Position numbers and translations under genes: made by a program
In this document: positions 14,182 through 27,757 of the stretch, piece by piece
Layout of the letters: every line of letters starts with the position of its first letter
How positions within the stretch are numbered: the stretch's first letter is position 1
Notes under the pieces: model-generated
Databases searched by the model: none
Told to the model about the DNA's origin: nothing
The model's input: the letters and a program-made list of their open reading frames with translations, nothing else
Source of the DNA: Lophium mytilinum
Taxonomy: Eukaryota
Length of the DNA stretch: 64,000 nucleotides
Reading direction: 5' to 3'
Assembly (NCBI GenBank): GCA_010093605.1
Contig: MU004200.1
Location: 372,001 to 436,000, forward strand

Positions 14182-15563
14182 ATGCCGGCGGAGGGTCTCG
14201 ACGACGAGTATGTGGTAAGTCGGCTGAAGAGCGATGCGGCAGACAGCGCAAAGAAATACGAATTGGTAGGGCTTGAAGCTTACATGCCTAAAAGGTGAGT
14301 GCTATATCCCCGAGCTTTTCCAACGTCTTACTGACACATCAGGATAGTAGACCTACCATGGGTGCACCGAAGCCGAATACCAGATTCTTGAGGAACATTA
14401 TACGGGAGACGGACAACCATAATGCCGCGCTGCTGGCGAAGGAAGCAGAAGATGCGAAGAATAGGCTCAAGGCGTTGCGCTATGAGAAGGAGGGAAGACT
14501 GTCACCGTATGTAAGCGATATGCGCGGTACCCGGGGCGATAGGGAATATCATCGTCCTTCGAAGAGAAGGCGGGAAGAGGAGGGCGAGGACGAGAAGGAC
14601 CAGCACAGAAAGAGACGATCTGGAGAATCCGGTCGACACAGGGACAGAAGAGACAGATCGCAGGATCGATACCGGCGGCATGCAAGCTCCAGAAACGAGG
14701 AAACGAGGAAACACAGCTCTCGAAATGGAGACAGGCGTAGAGAGAAGGGCGATACTCTTATGAGCGAGGAGGACGAAGAGACTGGAGAGGCTTCAAAGCA
14801 CTCACGCCGTCGTCACAGGAGCCAGGACCGAAGACGAAGGCACCGAAGCCGAAGCGAGTCGGCAGGGAGGAACGGTTCGAGTAAACGCGATTCCCATCGG
14901 GATCGTAGGCGGCGGAGATCACGTTCTCCTTCTAGTTCTTCCTCTCGCTCGAGATCTCCAACAAAGTCGCAACAGCGTCACAAACCGACTCGTTCAAAAT
15001 CACACAAATCTGGTCAGGCGCCTCGAAGTCCTGTTCACACCGAACGAGCATGCTCTGCAAGTCCTGATACGAAACATGTAGCTCGGAAGCCCCACGCTAG
15101 CAAGCATCGAGCTAGAAGACACCATTCTCCTACAGTGGCATCGGACTCGGACCCCTTGGATGCAATAATAGGACCTGCTCCTCCACCCCCACCACCGGAG
15201 GTTCGACTGCGTGGCCGTGGCGCATTCATGGCATCCTCAGCTATGGATGATCACTTCTCAGCTTCTTACGACCCTACTGCCGATGTCCAGCCCAACTCCG
15301 ACGTGGAGGGTGATTGGGATGAGGCGCTGGAAGCCATGAGGGACCGGCAGAAGTGGAAGCAGCAAGGTGCAGACCGTCTTCGTGCTGCTGGTTTCACGGA
15401 CACGATGGTCAAGAAGTGGGAGAACGGTGGGGAAAAGACGGAGGAAGATGTAGTATGGGCTAAGAAGGGTGAGGGGAGGGAGTGGGATCGCGGGAAGGTG
15501 GTTGATGGTGATGGTCTTGTTGATGTCAAGGCAGAATGGGGCAGGCTTAAGGATACTTATTGA
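14182..15563 (+). CDS. Conserved fungal RS-rich nuclear protein (often annotated splicing factor 38B-like), 2 exons
   Basis: Motif KPNTRFLRNIIRETDNHNAALL, a long R/S/H-rich middle, and C-terminal WKQQGADRLRAAGF...REWDRGK. Confidence 0.75.
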
Positions 15564-15940
15564 ACTTGGACTATGATACAGCAGTTTCATGATAATTATC
15601 AGAAAGCTGAGTGGGATGAGTCGGCTTGTAAAGCTAGTATACATATCATTATCGTGGCCTATAGAGTCTAATTCAGAGTGTCTAGCGACATCTCTTTGCA
15701 AGTGGAATATTAAGATGGGGCAATATGAGCTTCTCATATTCTCATCAGCTTTCTATCAGGAAACCACCCCTTATGAATTCTCTGCCTCCAAAGTAACGAG
15801 TTGACGTTGGGTGAGTAGAGCCCGATAGAGCCTAGCGCTGTGCACGGCCCATCCAGCGGAAGCGAGCCAAGCCCACTGACCTTTCAATTCTACGACTCCA
15901 CCTCCATCTTCGAATCTTCGAACATCGACAACCCGCGAAA

Positions 15941-16771
15941 ATGGCTCCCCGGTCGTACTCCAAGACCTACCACGTCCCTCGACGTCCGTTTGAGTCTGCT
16001 CGTCTGTATGTGCAATCCCCAGGCCACTGAGCACGCGCTTGTCGCTGCTTATGTCGGGGTGCCAGTAAGTTAATGGTTTGGACAGGGACACGGAGCTGAA
16101 GCTCGTCGGCGAATATGGCCTCCGCAACAAGCGCGAGGTGTGGCGCGTGCAATTGACGCTGTCCAAGATCCGTCGTGCTGCCCGGTATGTTGGACTTGTC
16201 TTCATTTCCCTTCGTCTCGAAATTTGCGACCCGCTTGGCAAGGTTGCGCAGTCGTGGATCACATAGGTTTGAGGGCTTCCATCGCTAACGGAAATGGCTT
16301 GCAGTCAACTTCTCACGCTCGAAGAGAAGGACCCCAAGCGTCTCTTCGAGGGCAATGCGCTCATTCGCCGTCTCGTCCGCGTCGGTGTGCTCGACGAGTC
16401 CCGCATGAGGCTCGATTACGTGTTGGCCCTGAAGATTGAGGATTTCTTGGAGCGCCGCCTCCAGACCTGCGTCTACAAGCTCGGTCTTGCTAAGAGCATC
16501 CATCACGCTCGTGTCCTCATCCGCCAGAGACATATCCGGTGAGTGCTTTTCCAAGGCGTATATTCCGTACAGGATACTAATGTACTGTATCAGTGTCGGC
16601 AAGCAGATCGTCAACGTCCCGTCTTTCGTCGTCCGTCTCGACTCCCAGAAGCACATCGACTTCGCGCTCACCTCGCCGTTCGGAGGCGGACGCCCCGGCC
16701 GTGTCAGGAGGAAGAAGGCCAAGGCCGCGGAGAAGAAAGATGATGATGAAGGCGAGGAGGACGAGGAGTAG
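15941..16771 (+). CDS. RPS9: 40S ribosomal protein S9 (uS4), 4 exons
   Basis: [82 protein letters not shown]. Confidence 0.97.
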
Positions 16772-17196
16772 ATACTCCAACCGTGTGCAATGTCGTGGAA
16801 TAAACGATGAAGCTGGCGTGCTTGGGCATGGTCTCTACGGTTCACAAAATTCAAAACTTCAAATTCATTCCACGTGAAGTCAGCTGCATGGCCGGCCTGT
16901 GGAAAGGACAACTAGTGGAGTTAGCTGCAGTACTTGGAGATAGGTTCACCTAGCTGCCAACATGTTGCCAAATCCTCTACGTTCATGCCTTGAGTCTTGA
17001 TTAGCAGTATGTGCTGCCGATGCCTGCTGAAATCGAAATATCACAACCACAGCTTCAATCTATTAGCAACATCATTATATATCATCCTGCGTGCACTACC
17101 GATGCTGCTATTTGAGGCAGTGACTCAATCTAGAGCCTTGAAAGTGCTGAACCACGCTCCGCAGCGGGAGACAACCACACAGACCCTCAAACCCCC

Positions 17197-18583
17197 CTAA
17201 TACCCATCCACCGAATTATCAGTATACAACCTCGTCACCCCGCCACCGGGCCTCTCCGCCCTCGCCTTCCCCTCAGGACTCAACTCCCTCTCCTTAATCA
17301 CCCGCCGCGCCTCCTGCATAATCCACAACCCACTACTCGTCCCCAACCTCGTCGCGCCCGCCTCCAGCATCCTCACCGCATCCTCCAAGCTCCTCACGCC
17401 CCCACTCGCCTTCACCTGCATCCGCCGCCGATGCACCGGCGACCCGCCCCCGCTCGGCTGCCGCGTGCTGAGATACGCCGCTGCAGCATTCATGAGCACG
17501 ACGTCGTCGAGGGTAGCGCCGCGGCCCGCGAAGCCGGTCGACGTCTTGATGAAGTCGAAGTTCGCGGCGGCGGCGAGAGTGGCGGCGGCGAGGATCTGGG
17601 GCGGGGTCAGGGCGGCGGTTTCGAAGATGAGCTTGAGGGTCGTCGGGGCGGGGCAGAGGGAGCGGAGGGAGGCGAGCTCGGTGTAGATGGCGCTGTAGTT
17701 TGGGATCCCCGGCGCGGCTGAGGTGCCGGGTGGCGAGGGGGCTGGGGAGGAGAGGTCGGAGTAGGGCCCTTCGGGTGCTGGGGCGCTGGAGGAGAAGGGT
17801 TTGGTGTTGGAGGCTGTGTTGGAGGCGGTGATGCTGGCGGTTGTGGCGTCGCTGGGGACGGCTTTGTGGTGGGCGGGGGCTGGGGAGACGCTGGTGAGGA
17901 TGGCGTGGTTGAGGACGATGTCGAGCTCGCTGGCGCCGGCCGCGACGGCTTCTTGGGCTTCTTTGAATTTGGAGTGCGAGTGCTGGGTCCCTTCGTGGAA
18001 GCCGACGACGCAGGCTACGACGACGGGGGAGCCTTTGAGGTTGGAGACACAGCGGGCTACGAAGGGGAGGCGGACGCAGACGCTCTGGGGTTGAGAGGGC
18101 TGTTAGCTCAGAGCTGTATAACAAGAGATTGACACTGGGATACTAGGGATGAAACTTGGGCTTGGGATTTACAAGCCTTTAATCAAGAAGAAGTTGAGAA
18201 AGAATATCGCGAGTTGAAAGCCATTGAGTTTGGACAAGATAGCACGAGAGTACGAAAGCAAAGAAACCAACCTTGAAGCCTTCAATCCTCGCCTCGGAGC
18301 ACAGCGCATCAATCTGCGCCGTCGTTGCATCCAGCTTCAAGAGCGTATGGTCAATTGTCTGCGCAAATGCCCTACTGTCCAATTTTGGCGCTGCCCGCGG
18401 CTCCAGCTTAGCCACCACGTTCTTCTGCGTCTCTGCAATCTGCACTGCCCATTCGGCATTAGTGTACCGGTCCGTCATCACCAAGTTTTCTATGTTCGCG
18501 GAAGGGGTCTGGGATTGACCTTCGGAGAGCTGGGATGTAGCTAGACCGAGGTCAGTGGAGGGCGTTGAGGGCTCGGGCGTCAT
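17197..18583 (-). CDS. Deoxyribose-phosphate aldolase (DERA/DeoC), 2 exons; start codon uncertain
   Basis: Motifs IDHTLLK, SVCVR, VVGFHEG, GASELDIVLN, LKLIFET, FIKTSTGF, VKASGGVR and GATRLGTS. Confidence 0.9.
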
Positions 18584-19386
18584 GATGCTTGATTTATCTG
18601 TGCCTGACTCGTAGGCATGCAAGTTAATCTGGATTCATGGGAGAAGAGTCCTCTCATAGAAGGATTTTAAAGCTCTTCGACGGCCGGAGCCGCCATCTTT
18701 GTGGTCTTTTGCCTCCTAAAGGCAGGTGGACAGCTGCGTCTTGGTTGGCATGGATCGTCTCGTTAGCCAATTGCTAGCTATTGACATGGTGCACTGCCAA
18801 GTCATGCAAACAGGATGCAGCACGGGTTCGAAGTCTGTTTGATTGGCTCCCTGGTTGGAAAGCTGTTCGATGTGATAAAAGTAATTCAATAGATACGGAC
18901 GTGTTCATAGATTTGTTATGTGCTATTAGGCAGTGTTGTCGCTTGGGAGTCTCGACGTTGCGCGTGGTGTCACTGGCGATACATGTGAGGGGTAGTATGG
19001 TGATAGAGCGCCGATTTTGAGCTTTACAGAAAGACCGCTAGCATGTGGAGGTATCCTCGATGCTCGCAAACCGGTCCTCACTCCGAGAACGATGCCCAGA
19101 GCTCATGAAATGCCATCTCTCCTCCCACATGCATGTAAATACACAGAGGTTGTGGAAGAAGCCAATATGAAGTATGCCAGCCAACAGGAAAGAGAGGTAA
19201 GGGTGGTGGATCAACGCTAGATATCCGGAACTCCCGTTTTGAATTTTTGGCTTGATTCGAACGAAGATCCCTCTTCTATCCCGCTAGTCGATTCGAGTGA
19301 AACCCGTGAGATCTACCGCATCGTCTCGAACACTTCGTCGTCGTGAACCATCCCATATATTGCCATCGCTCACACTCGCAGATCCT

Positions 19387-19974
<588 letters not shown>

Positions 19975-20101
19975 CTTGACGGTGTTGCAGTGATGCTAGA
20001 GATTGTCGTAGTCCTTGGATGGATGGCGATGTCGACGTTGACGTTCTCGAAAGGAGCGGAAGCAGAGGAGGCCTTGAAGAAGTGGCGATGAGAAGTCGAT
20101 T

Positions 20102-20122
20102 GTGGGCAGGCAGCACGGGCCA
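20102..20122. promoter_or_regulatory. Candidate ribosomal-protein promoter element upstream of RPS27
   Basis: GTGGGCAGGCAGCACGGGCCA lies about 130 bp upstream of the ATG, in the same orientation and at a similar distance as the RPL37 copy. Confidence 0.45.
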
Positions 20123-20376
20123 CTCGCTAAAACATCCCTGCCGCCTGCAGTTCACTGACTCCACCAGGCCACTCACCACCATCTTGCTCGAATGCTGAGT
20201 TACATATACTCTTTGTATGGTCCTATGCTCCTGTGAATTCCTGCGACTCTTGTATAGCTATCTCGTTGTGTCATGCATTTGATTCATGTTGTTATAAGGC
20301 AATTAGAGGCTCAAGTCGAATTAGCTAACGCTATTGAGTGTTCACCTCTCCAAGCACTGTCTACATTCTACTCCCT

Positions 20377-20898
20377 TCACACCTTCTTCACTTTCTCTAC
20401 TTTCTCCTCGTCCTCGTCATCCCCGAATAGTCCGAGGAAATAGATGCTCCTTACCGCAAACAGAAACGCTGTGAATCCCACATTCCCCCACGCCATCCCG
20501 TTCCAGCTACTCACGCTCCACCCATCCACCCCGAGTCCCCACAGAGTCACGACGATGTGACCGATGTCTGCAATCCAGAGAGCGAGCAAGTAGGCCTTTA
20601 CTGTCTTGAGCTCGTCTGTCGTGTTGAGGATGAAGAGGCCAAGCAGGGCCAGCAGGCCGTAGCAGTTCCCTAGCTGCAGCGCGAGCACGTGCTCAGTGAG
20701 GTAGAGCTGATGAGGTGGCTCAAAGGGGCTTTGAGAAGAGACAAATGAGGCAGGTGAGAGGAGAGGCCCGAGATAGCCTGCCGCACTGGATAGAGGTCAG
20801 AAATTAGTAGAGAGTAGTTTAGAAAAGGGGGCTTACGTGGAGAGGGGCTCAATGATCGTGAAGACGGTGCGAGGGAAGGTGGGGATTTTGGACGCCAT
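20377..20898 (-). CDS. Small conserved fungal multi-pass membrane protein (2 exons)
   Basis: MASKIPTFPRTVFTIIEPLS..LQLGNCYGLLALL..ALWIADIGHI..WNGMAWGNVGFT; several hydrophobic helices. Confidence 0.75.
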
Positions 20899-21474
20899 GG
20901 TGCTGAATGACTTTTTGCGATATCGGATTGTGGTGTCTTAGGCTCCAGCTGTTGAATCTTGAGATGATCTATCATTACGAAGGGTCAGAGCACAGTTCAA
21001 GCTTTGTATGGAATAGAGCAGAATGAGAAGTCTCTAACTTTGAGAATCAAGTCTTCAAATGACAATTCGTCATCTAAGGTATCTCGAGAAGAAATGGAAT
21101 GGGCCCGGGAAGCAAAGAATGACTTGTTCCGAAAGAGCATTTACACCTTGAAGTCTCTGACACAGACAAAAGGCTACAGTTGAATCTCAGAAGGAAAAGG
21201 GGTTATATGGGTAGGGTTATGGTATATAGAAACCTTGAAGCTTACCGGATCTCAGTTGTAGCTTTGCTGTAGCTCGAGCATCGTCCTTGATAAATTGCGG
21301 GTTTGTGGGGAGGTGAATGTAGAACGAGCCAACGAGGTGAACGAATGGCGCCGTTGAACCCCGCTGGCCCAAGCGCGCGGGGCGAGGATTGTTAAGTCAA
21401 GACCTCATCACCAAAGTGCTCCCACCACCGCAACACTCCTACCACGAGGCTTCTCATAGTCGCAGTCCTTCGCC

Positions 21475-22020
21475 ATGCAGTCTCTCCCCGACGCCCGAAC
21501 ACAGTCGTTCGAGGAGCTCTACGGCCCTCCCGAGAACTTCCTCGAGATAGAAGTGAGTGCCACCCCGCCGCGCCGACATCCCCCACTGTCTCTAACAATC
21601 TTAATCAAAGGTCTGCAATCCGATGACCCACGGCATGGGCCGCGGCATGTACACCACATACGAGATCCGGATGAGCACCAACATCCCCGCCTTCAAGCTG
21701 AAGTCGTCCTCAGTGCGCCGCCGCTACAGCGAGTTCGAAGCCTTCCGCGACATCCTCGAGCGCGAGTCCGCCCGTGTCACCATCCCTCCACTACCGGGCA
21801 AGGTGATTACGAGCCGCTTCTCGGACGACGTGATTGAGCATCGCCGCGAGGGCTTGCAGCGCTTCCTCCAGATAGTCGTTGGCCATCCTCTCTTGCAAAC
21901 GGGATCGAAAGTGCTGGCCGCCTTCGTGCAGGGTGAGTCCGCGCGCTGTGTTGTCTGAACATCGAGGCTAATCTGATACTTTCCTTCGTAGATCCGAACT
22001 GGGACCGCCACGCATGGTAG
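21475..22020 (+). CDS. SNX3: Sorting nexin-3 (PX domain), 3 exons
   Basis: [47 protein letters not shown] and [16 protein letters not shown]. Confidence 0.95.
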
Positions 22021-22218
22021 ACGCCCTGAGATTACAATCTAGTTCGACCTTTTCATCCTTTTCTGCGCGCACTCCAACCTCGGGTGATCACGCGAGCACC
22101 ACATACGACAGACGAATACCAAATACAGAGCCTGGGAGATAATACCCTGGTCGCTGTGAATAATGGGGGTCATGTGCTGCCTTTGAATTCCCCATTGCCG
22201 GTGTTTGTCGATTCTTCA

Positions 22219-22260
22219 TGGGCTGCTGTGTCTTGGGCCGCTGTGTCTTGGGCCGCTGTG
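22219..22260 (+). repeat. 15-bp tandem repeat, about 3 copies, downstream of SNX3
   Basis: TGGGCYGCTGTGTCT is repeated. Confidence 0.8.
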
Positions 22261-23211
22261 CCAGCTTTAATTCCTCTCTACTCCCCTATGCCTTTTGGCA
22301 TAGACTTTGTATTCGTCCGACCGTTGTCTCAAGCATTTCAAACTAGCGGTTGCTTCAGTCTGCGAGCCCCCTCAGTCTGCACGGGTCTCACGGGTTGATT
22401 TCTTGCATCTGGCTTGGTCACCGGTACTTTTCTAGTTTGCGTGAGGATGAATGATGTGGCGTTTGGCTCTTCTTTTGTCAGCCTTTCCTCAAAATACCCC
22501 TTCAGCTCGTATTTCTCTGCTCAATAAAATGTTAAATACTACGCAGCTAGCATGGGAGCTCTTGGGATCCATACATCCAATTCATTGAATTAGAACACTA
22601 TCCCTGAACCCGTCGCGTTCGGCTCTACGGTGTCATTTAGAATGCAACCACTGGCAGACTTCGATTGAGAAAAATTGACGCGAAATGCTTGAGCAACATA
22701 CTCCCTCTGGGCTTTTTGTAAACTTGCCTAGTACCCCTTGAGATCCTCTAGGATGTTATGAAAGATCGAAAAGGCTCAATTTTGCCAAGGCTGGTAGCTT
22801 CGTGGACCACCCCAAGTGGTGTCAGACGGCCACTTCATGTTTAACGAAGCCTGATCCTGAGTCCGAGCGTTGCGCAACGACGATTCATGGGAAAGTTCGC
22901 AGATTACGCAAACTGCTGAGTGAGAGCAAAAGATGAACTAGAAACCTGGAACACAATCCACTCGTTACGCACGCGCGTAGTAATTCAAACCCGACCAATG
23001 TCATCGTGCCGATTAGACGAGAGGCACTTCATGTAAACACCGTATGAATGACGCAGAGATAGATTGATGTGCGCAATTATCGAAAACCAGGCCCCAAAAA
23101 TAGCCTCTTAAATGTTCCCCACCCACCCTTCGCCATGAACTCCGCGCTAGGGATATCATAACCACTACCTAGTGACACGAAAAGTACGGCGAGAAATTGC
23201 ACCTGTGCATA

Positions 23212-24535
23212 TCATAACTCCCGCGTCAGATCCCCAATCCATTGGCCCACGCGCCTGATACTCACAAAGAAGGGAACAGCGTCTGGACTCCCTGCGACCG
23301 TGTTGCTGGCTGTTGGCCAGTGTTGTTGCAGCAAGATAAGACACAGACTGAGGAAAGCGAGGGGTGAGAAGACACGCACAGCGGCGGTAGTCTCGCGTTT
23401 GATGTTGGTGCGGCGGTGGGTGATGTGGTAGAGAAGTGTGAGTGTCTGTGTTTGGACCAAAAGTAAGCCGATGTTGCTGGGTTGGCATTGAGATCGAAAG
23501 CTCTAGAAAAAGGAAGGTCTAGGGCGCGATTGAAAAGACGATTGCTGTTAGTAGGTTAACGCGGAGGCGGATACACTCGAGGCAATGGTGAACGTGCGCA
23601 CGGCAGATCTGGTCGACGGAGTGGTAGACACAGAAGCAACCGGCATAGAGCACGCAAGGCACCTGAAGCACCATGTGAGTGACCTAGAAGGGCAATAAAT
23701 GGTAAAACACAACGCTTCTGACAAAGGAACACACACATATCTTACACTGGCGATGCAGATCCAAGCTACAAAGAAACGAGGAGAATTCGTCCTTGCGCCG
23801 CAGAACTCGATAAATTGGTGGGTGAGGAACATGTTCAAGAGGTCCATGGTGGCAAGTCTGAAAAGCGCGGATCCAATTGGATAGTGCAGAAGCCTGAGCC
23901 TCTATCAGCATTGGAGGAAGTAGCGTCTGAGATCCAAGAGGAATAATTGACAAGTAGAACGTTTGGATTTAGACTAGGAGGGACCTACCAACGGCTCATA
24001 AGACAATCGATGAAGAAGAAGCTGATATATGCAGATGACGAGCACTGACATATAAAGTCAGTATAGACCTATAATATTAGGAGCTCCAAAACCTTACCCA
24101 TAGCATTGCAAGAGTGATCTCAGTGAACCACATTCTCTCTTCAAATCCCCAGCTTGAGATTGGCCGTCCATTGGCATAATGGGATTTGATCCCCTTCAGA
24201 AGAGCCCAGGCGCAATAGAAATCCCAGAACACAGCTGGGCCTATGGAAAGCCATCGGAGTGCTTGGAGCCAGATGTGCCAGCGCCTTGGTACATTCAGAA
24301 TGACAGCGAGTTGCGGATGCAGGGCTGAGACTGCTCGCCTGGGAGGGTCGGGCGAGTCTGCCAAAGTAGAAGCATCGGGTTCTTGAGCAGTGGGGATAGG
24401 AGTGGAGAGAGACTCTCGGGGCGTGTAATTTGGAGGGCCTTGGGGTGGTCGGCGAGGGTTGGCGGGACCTGTATAGGGCGGTGGAGGTGTCCCCGGTCGT
24501 CGTGGATGAGCCAGATCTTGAGCAAATTCGGGCAT
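23212..24535 (-). CDS. EOS1: N-glycosylation protein EOS1-like ER membrane protein (about 4 exons)
   Basis: LHPQLAVILNVPRRW, SFFIDCLMSRW, and WICIAS spliced to TLTLLYHIT..NIKRET through intron 23745-23446. Confidence 0.72.
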
Positions 24536-25104
24536 ATGCTGCCGCGGAGCACTATTGCTGATGACTTCCAGGCTATCTGAGGATGTGAAATTAAAGGATG
24601 GGCGAGGGTGACAGAAGTAGGGTTGGTGTCTCGGAGGGAAAGCCGCCCAGCCTCTTGCGTGGAGATGGTGAATGTCGTTCGCTGTCCATGAGGCGCCTTC
24701 CACTTGCAGCTGGCAGAGCCTCACAACGAGTCTACCTATTGTTTCCGCTAGACATCTCTCCTGGCCTACGTGTTTGCTTCCACGCAGCTATTTCAGATGT
24801 TGCGACTTTGAAGTTGAGTTTAAGATGAGATAGAAATAGAAAGGTATACGTTATAACTGTCTGGCCTAACTGCTTTCGTTAGTGATATCCTGGCCATGTC
24901 TTGTTCTGGAACCTCTCAATGTAAGGTCACTCTCCGCCCTCTTCTTCAGTTGAAGACATACTGGACCCATGAGAGTATGATTCATTCAGTTGTTGCAGGA
25001 TATTGATGTGATTACCCGTTGAAATCACGTGATCACGATTTCTAGAGACGTGACGGAAACTCGATACCAAATTCTATCACCGTCGTCCCTCCACAACCAC
25101 CACG

Positions 25105-26435
25105 ATGCCGCCTCCACTACCACGCCGAACTGGGCACCAATGCCTGTTCTACCGACCCTCCTGTCGTACCTTTGCGACCACACCTGCCCGACATGCAGGC
25201 ATCTCGAGGGCCTCTCCCAACCGCGGCTTGAAACCGAGCCAGAGAGCAACACAATCGCCAACGTTAATGCTGAAGGAGCAACACAAGGGGGCCGCAGGCC
25301 TGCGTGGTCTGCCGACTGATATGGGGCTACTACCAGGTATGGATATCCAGACCATCATGCTGCAGGAACAGTCTCAATGGAGACTCGCTGGAGTATCTAC
25401 GAGGACCGAGGACTGACGGAACACATGATAGGCACAATCATCAAACCGACCGGAAAGAACCTGCCCAGCATATTCCGAAAACCGCGAGTGCGACTAGATA
25501 TCGAATGGCAAAATCTCAAACGAGGAACGATGGATAGAGCCAGGTATGAAAGCTCCCATAAATCAAGCCTTTAACCCCAACTCTAACACCAGACCACAGT
25601 CTCATACACTGGAAATTCTTTTTGAAAGCCTGGAAAGACCGGCCACGGCCGAAACTCGAGCGAAGAAAACTTGTGCCCCTCGCAAAAGACTACCACAAGC
25701 AGATCTACTCAGCATTCGCGGCGTATGCGCTCCCCTCCCATACCCGACCTTCATAGCTCTACACGCCAAATCGATTCTTGAAATCCTGCTAATACAAAAT
25801 ATGCGAACAGCCACGACGCCCCCACAATAACTCGCCTCTGCTGCTCCGGCCTGACCTCCGACTTCCGCACCCGCATGTCCCACCGCGCCCCCGGCACCCA
25901 TCTCACATGGACCCTCTCCTCCTACACCTCCTCCCCGAAGATCGTGTCCAACCGCGCCACCCCGCTGCCAAACCAGGAGCACACGGGCGTGCGCCAAGTG
26001 GTAGTGCGCCTCCGGTCCAAGCAGATCCTCACCACCTGGACCGACGAGCAGGCCCGCAGAGCCGTGGCGTCGCGCATCGAGGCGCTCAGAGCCGCGGGAA
26101 GGGAGGTCAGCCCCGCGCTGCTGGCGGTGGAGAGCGAGAACGAGAAGATGGCGGTTAGCGCGGCGCATGGGGGGTACAATCCGATCTCGCTGCATAGGAT
26201 TAACAAGGCGCTGAGCGAGGATACCGAGGCGTTGGCGGCGACGGATGTGGAGAAGGTGGAGACTGAGGTGACGGAGTACATGGTGTTGCAGCGAAGGATG
26301 CTCGAGGGGGTGGAGGAGGGGTGGATGGTGTGGGGGTTTGCGGAGGAGTCGACGCCTGAGGTTAGGGCGAGGGATGAGAAGCAATTGAAGGAGATGGAGG
26401 AATATCAGAAGTCGCAAGCCGCGGCGCAGGTGTAG
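25105..26435 (+). CDS. Mitochondrial Tim44-like domain protein (Mba1/mL45-type), 4 exons
   Basis: Arg-rich presequence (RTFATTPARHA). Spliced DMGLLPGTIIKPTGKNLPSIF and HKQIYSAFAAHDAPTITRLCCSGL; C-terminal EYMVLQRR..WMVWG. Confidence 0.72.
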
Positions 26436-27093
26436 AGAGGTGGTGCTGTATGATGCTCGATCGGAAGTGTATCTCGAAGAGACAAAACGAGGGGGTGTCA
26501 GAATCTGAGGCTGTATAGTATTGTAGCATCTTCTTGTATCCAGCATCACGAGCTCTTCGTGGAAGTTCCTCTGTACCTCCTATTTCCAACATATGAGCCA
26601 TTGTAAAATCGCTTGCGGAGCACAATACGCTCCAGGATGCACTTATTTTACTTCCGACGAAGATGCATACATTCATGGGCGTTAGTAGTCTACACGGAAC
26701 TAGTTCAGAAACTGGGGATCGAGTTCAGCACTGGTATGAGAATCCATTCTGCCTATCTAGGCATATCCTTCGAGAGCAAGAATGACCGACTTGAGAAGAC
26801 AAGGAGACAACTCCGTCCGAATCGGTCTTGACTTAGAGAAAGAATAGATCGCTCTGATTCCCCTCGAACCATCGAGTTCCATCAACATAGAAGCAAAAGC
26901 AGAAACAAAAACACATCTAGCCGTTGTAGACTCTGAAAAAAAGGGGTATCATCCGACGCCGCCCCATTGTAGCCACGCCGCTTGACCCAGCGTTCATCTC
27001 ATAAGATCTATGGTATTTCGCAGAAAGCAGATCCTCGAGGAGTCGACTGTCCGCAACACGGGTAGCGGGCGGGGCGGGGGGACGTCCGGGGAC

Positions 27094-27757
27094 CTAGAAA
27101 CCATGGACCTGCAGCCATAGAGTCAGCGATACGCACAAAACCACAACATAACAGGTGCAAAATGAGGCCAGTGACTCACCTTGATGTCCTTGGCATCCAA
27201 GCCCAACCCTTCCTTCTTATCGGTCAGGAAATCTTGCACATCCTTGCGCTGGTCGCCCTGCAGCTGGATCACCTCGCCCATCTCGGTGTCGACCACGATG
27301 GTGCCATTGCACGCGAACTTCTTCTTGATGACCTTGAGGATCTTCTTCTGGTCGAACTTCTTGGGCAAGCCTTGGACTGTGGTCAGGGTCTTCCGACCAT
27401 TGCGCTCTGCGGCGGAGGTTAGTCACTGATTGTGGAGGCGCGAGGATGCCGATAAGAGCGTCGAGAGCAGAGGAGAGGACAGTACGTACGCTGGATCCGA
27501 ATATGGATGTAGTTCTGGGACTGCTTGGTTTCGCCAGTGTCTTCGTCGGCCTCGGCGAACGGGTCTGACAAGGCGGCGGTTAGCAAACAAGCACACGAGG
27601 AGAACACAGAAGTACCAGACTGCACTGCTGCCGCTCACACCGCAGCGTGAGTGCAACTCCAAGTTGCAGTGAGCGGTGCGTGGGCAAGGCAGAACAGCGA
27701 GGGGAAGGCTGAGCGGGGCGATAACTCACCGAATGTCTTGAGGTTTTCTATTGACAT
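27094..27757 (-). CDS. SUI1: Translation initiation factor eIF1, 4 exons
   Basis: MSIENLKTFDPFAEADED..IHIRIQQRNGRKTLTTVQGLP..FACNGT..IQLQGDQR..IKVHGF. Confidence 0.97.

Noticed and set aside
18805..18845. GGTTCGAA T-loop-like motif suggesting a tRNA
   Set aside because: No cloverleaf or D-loop/A-box could be built around it.
25602..26549. 315-aa minus-strand ORF
   Set aside because: It is the antisense shadow of the GC-rich Mba1/Tim44-like gene.
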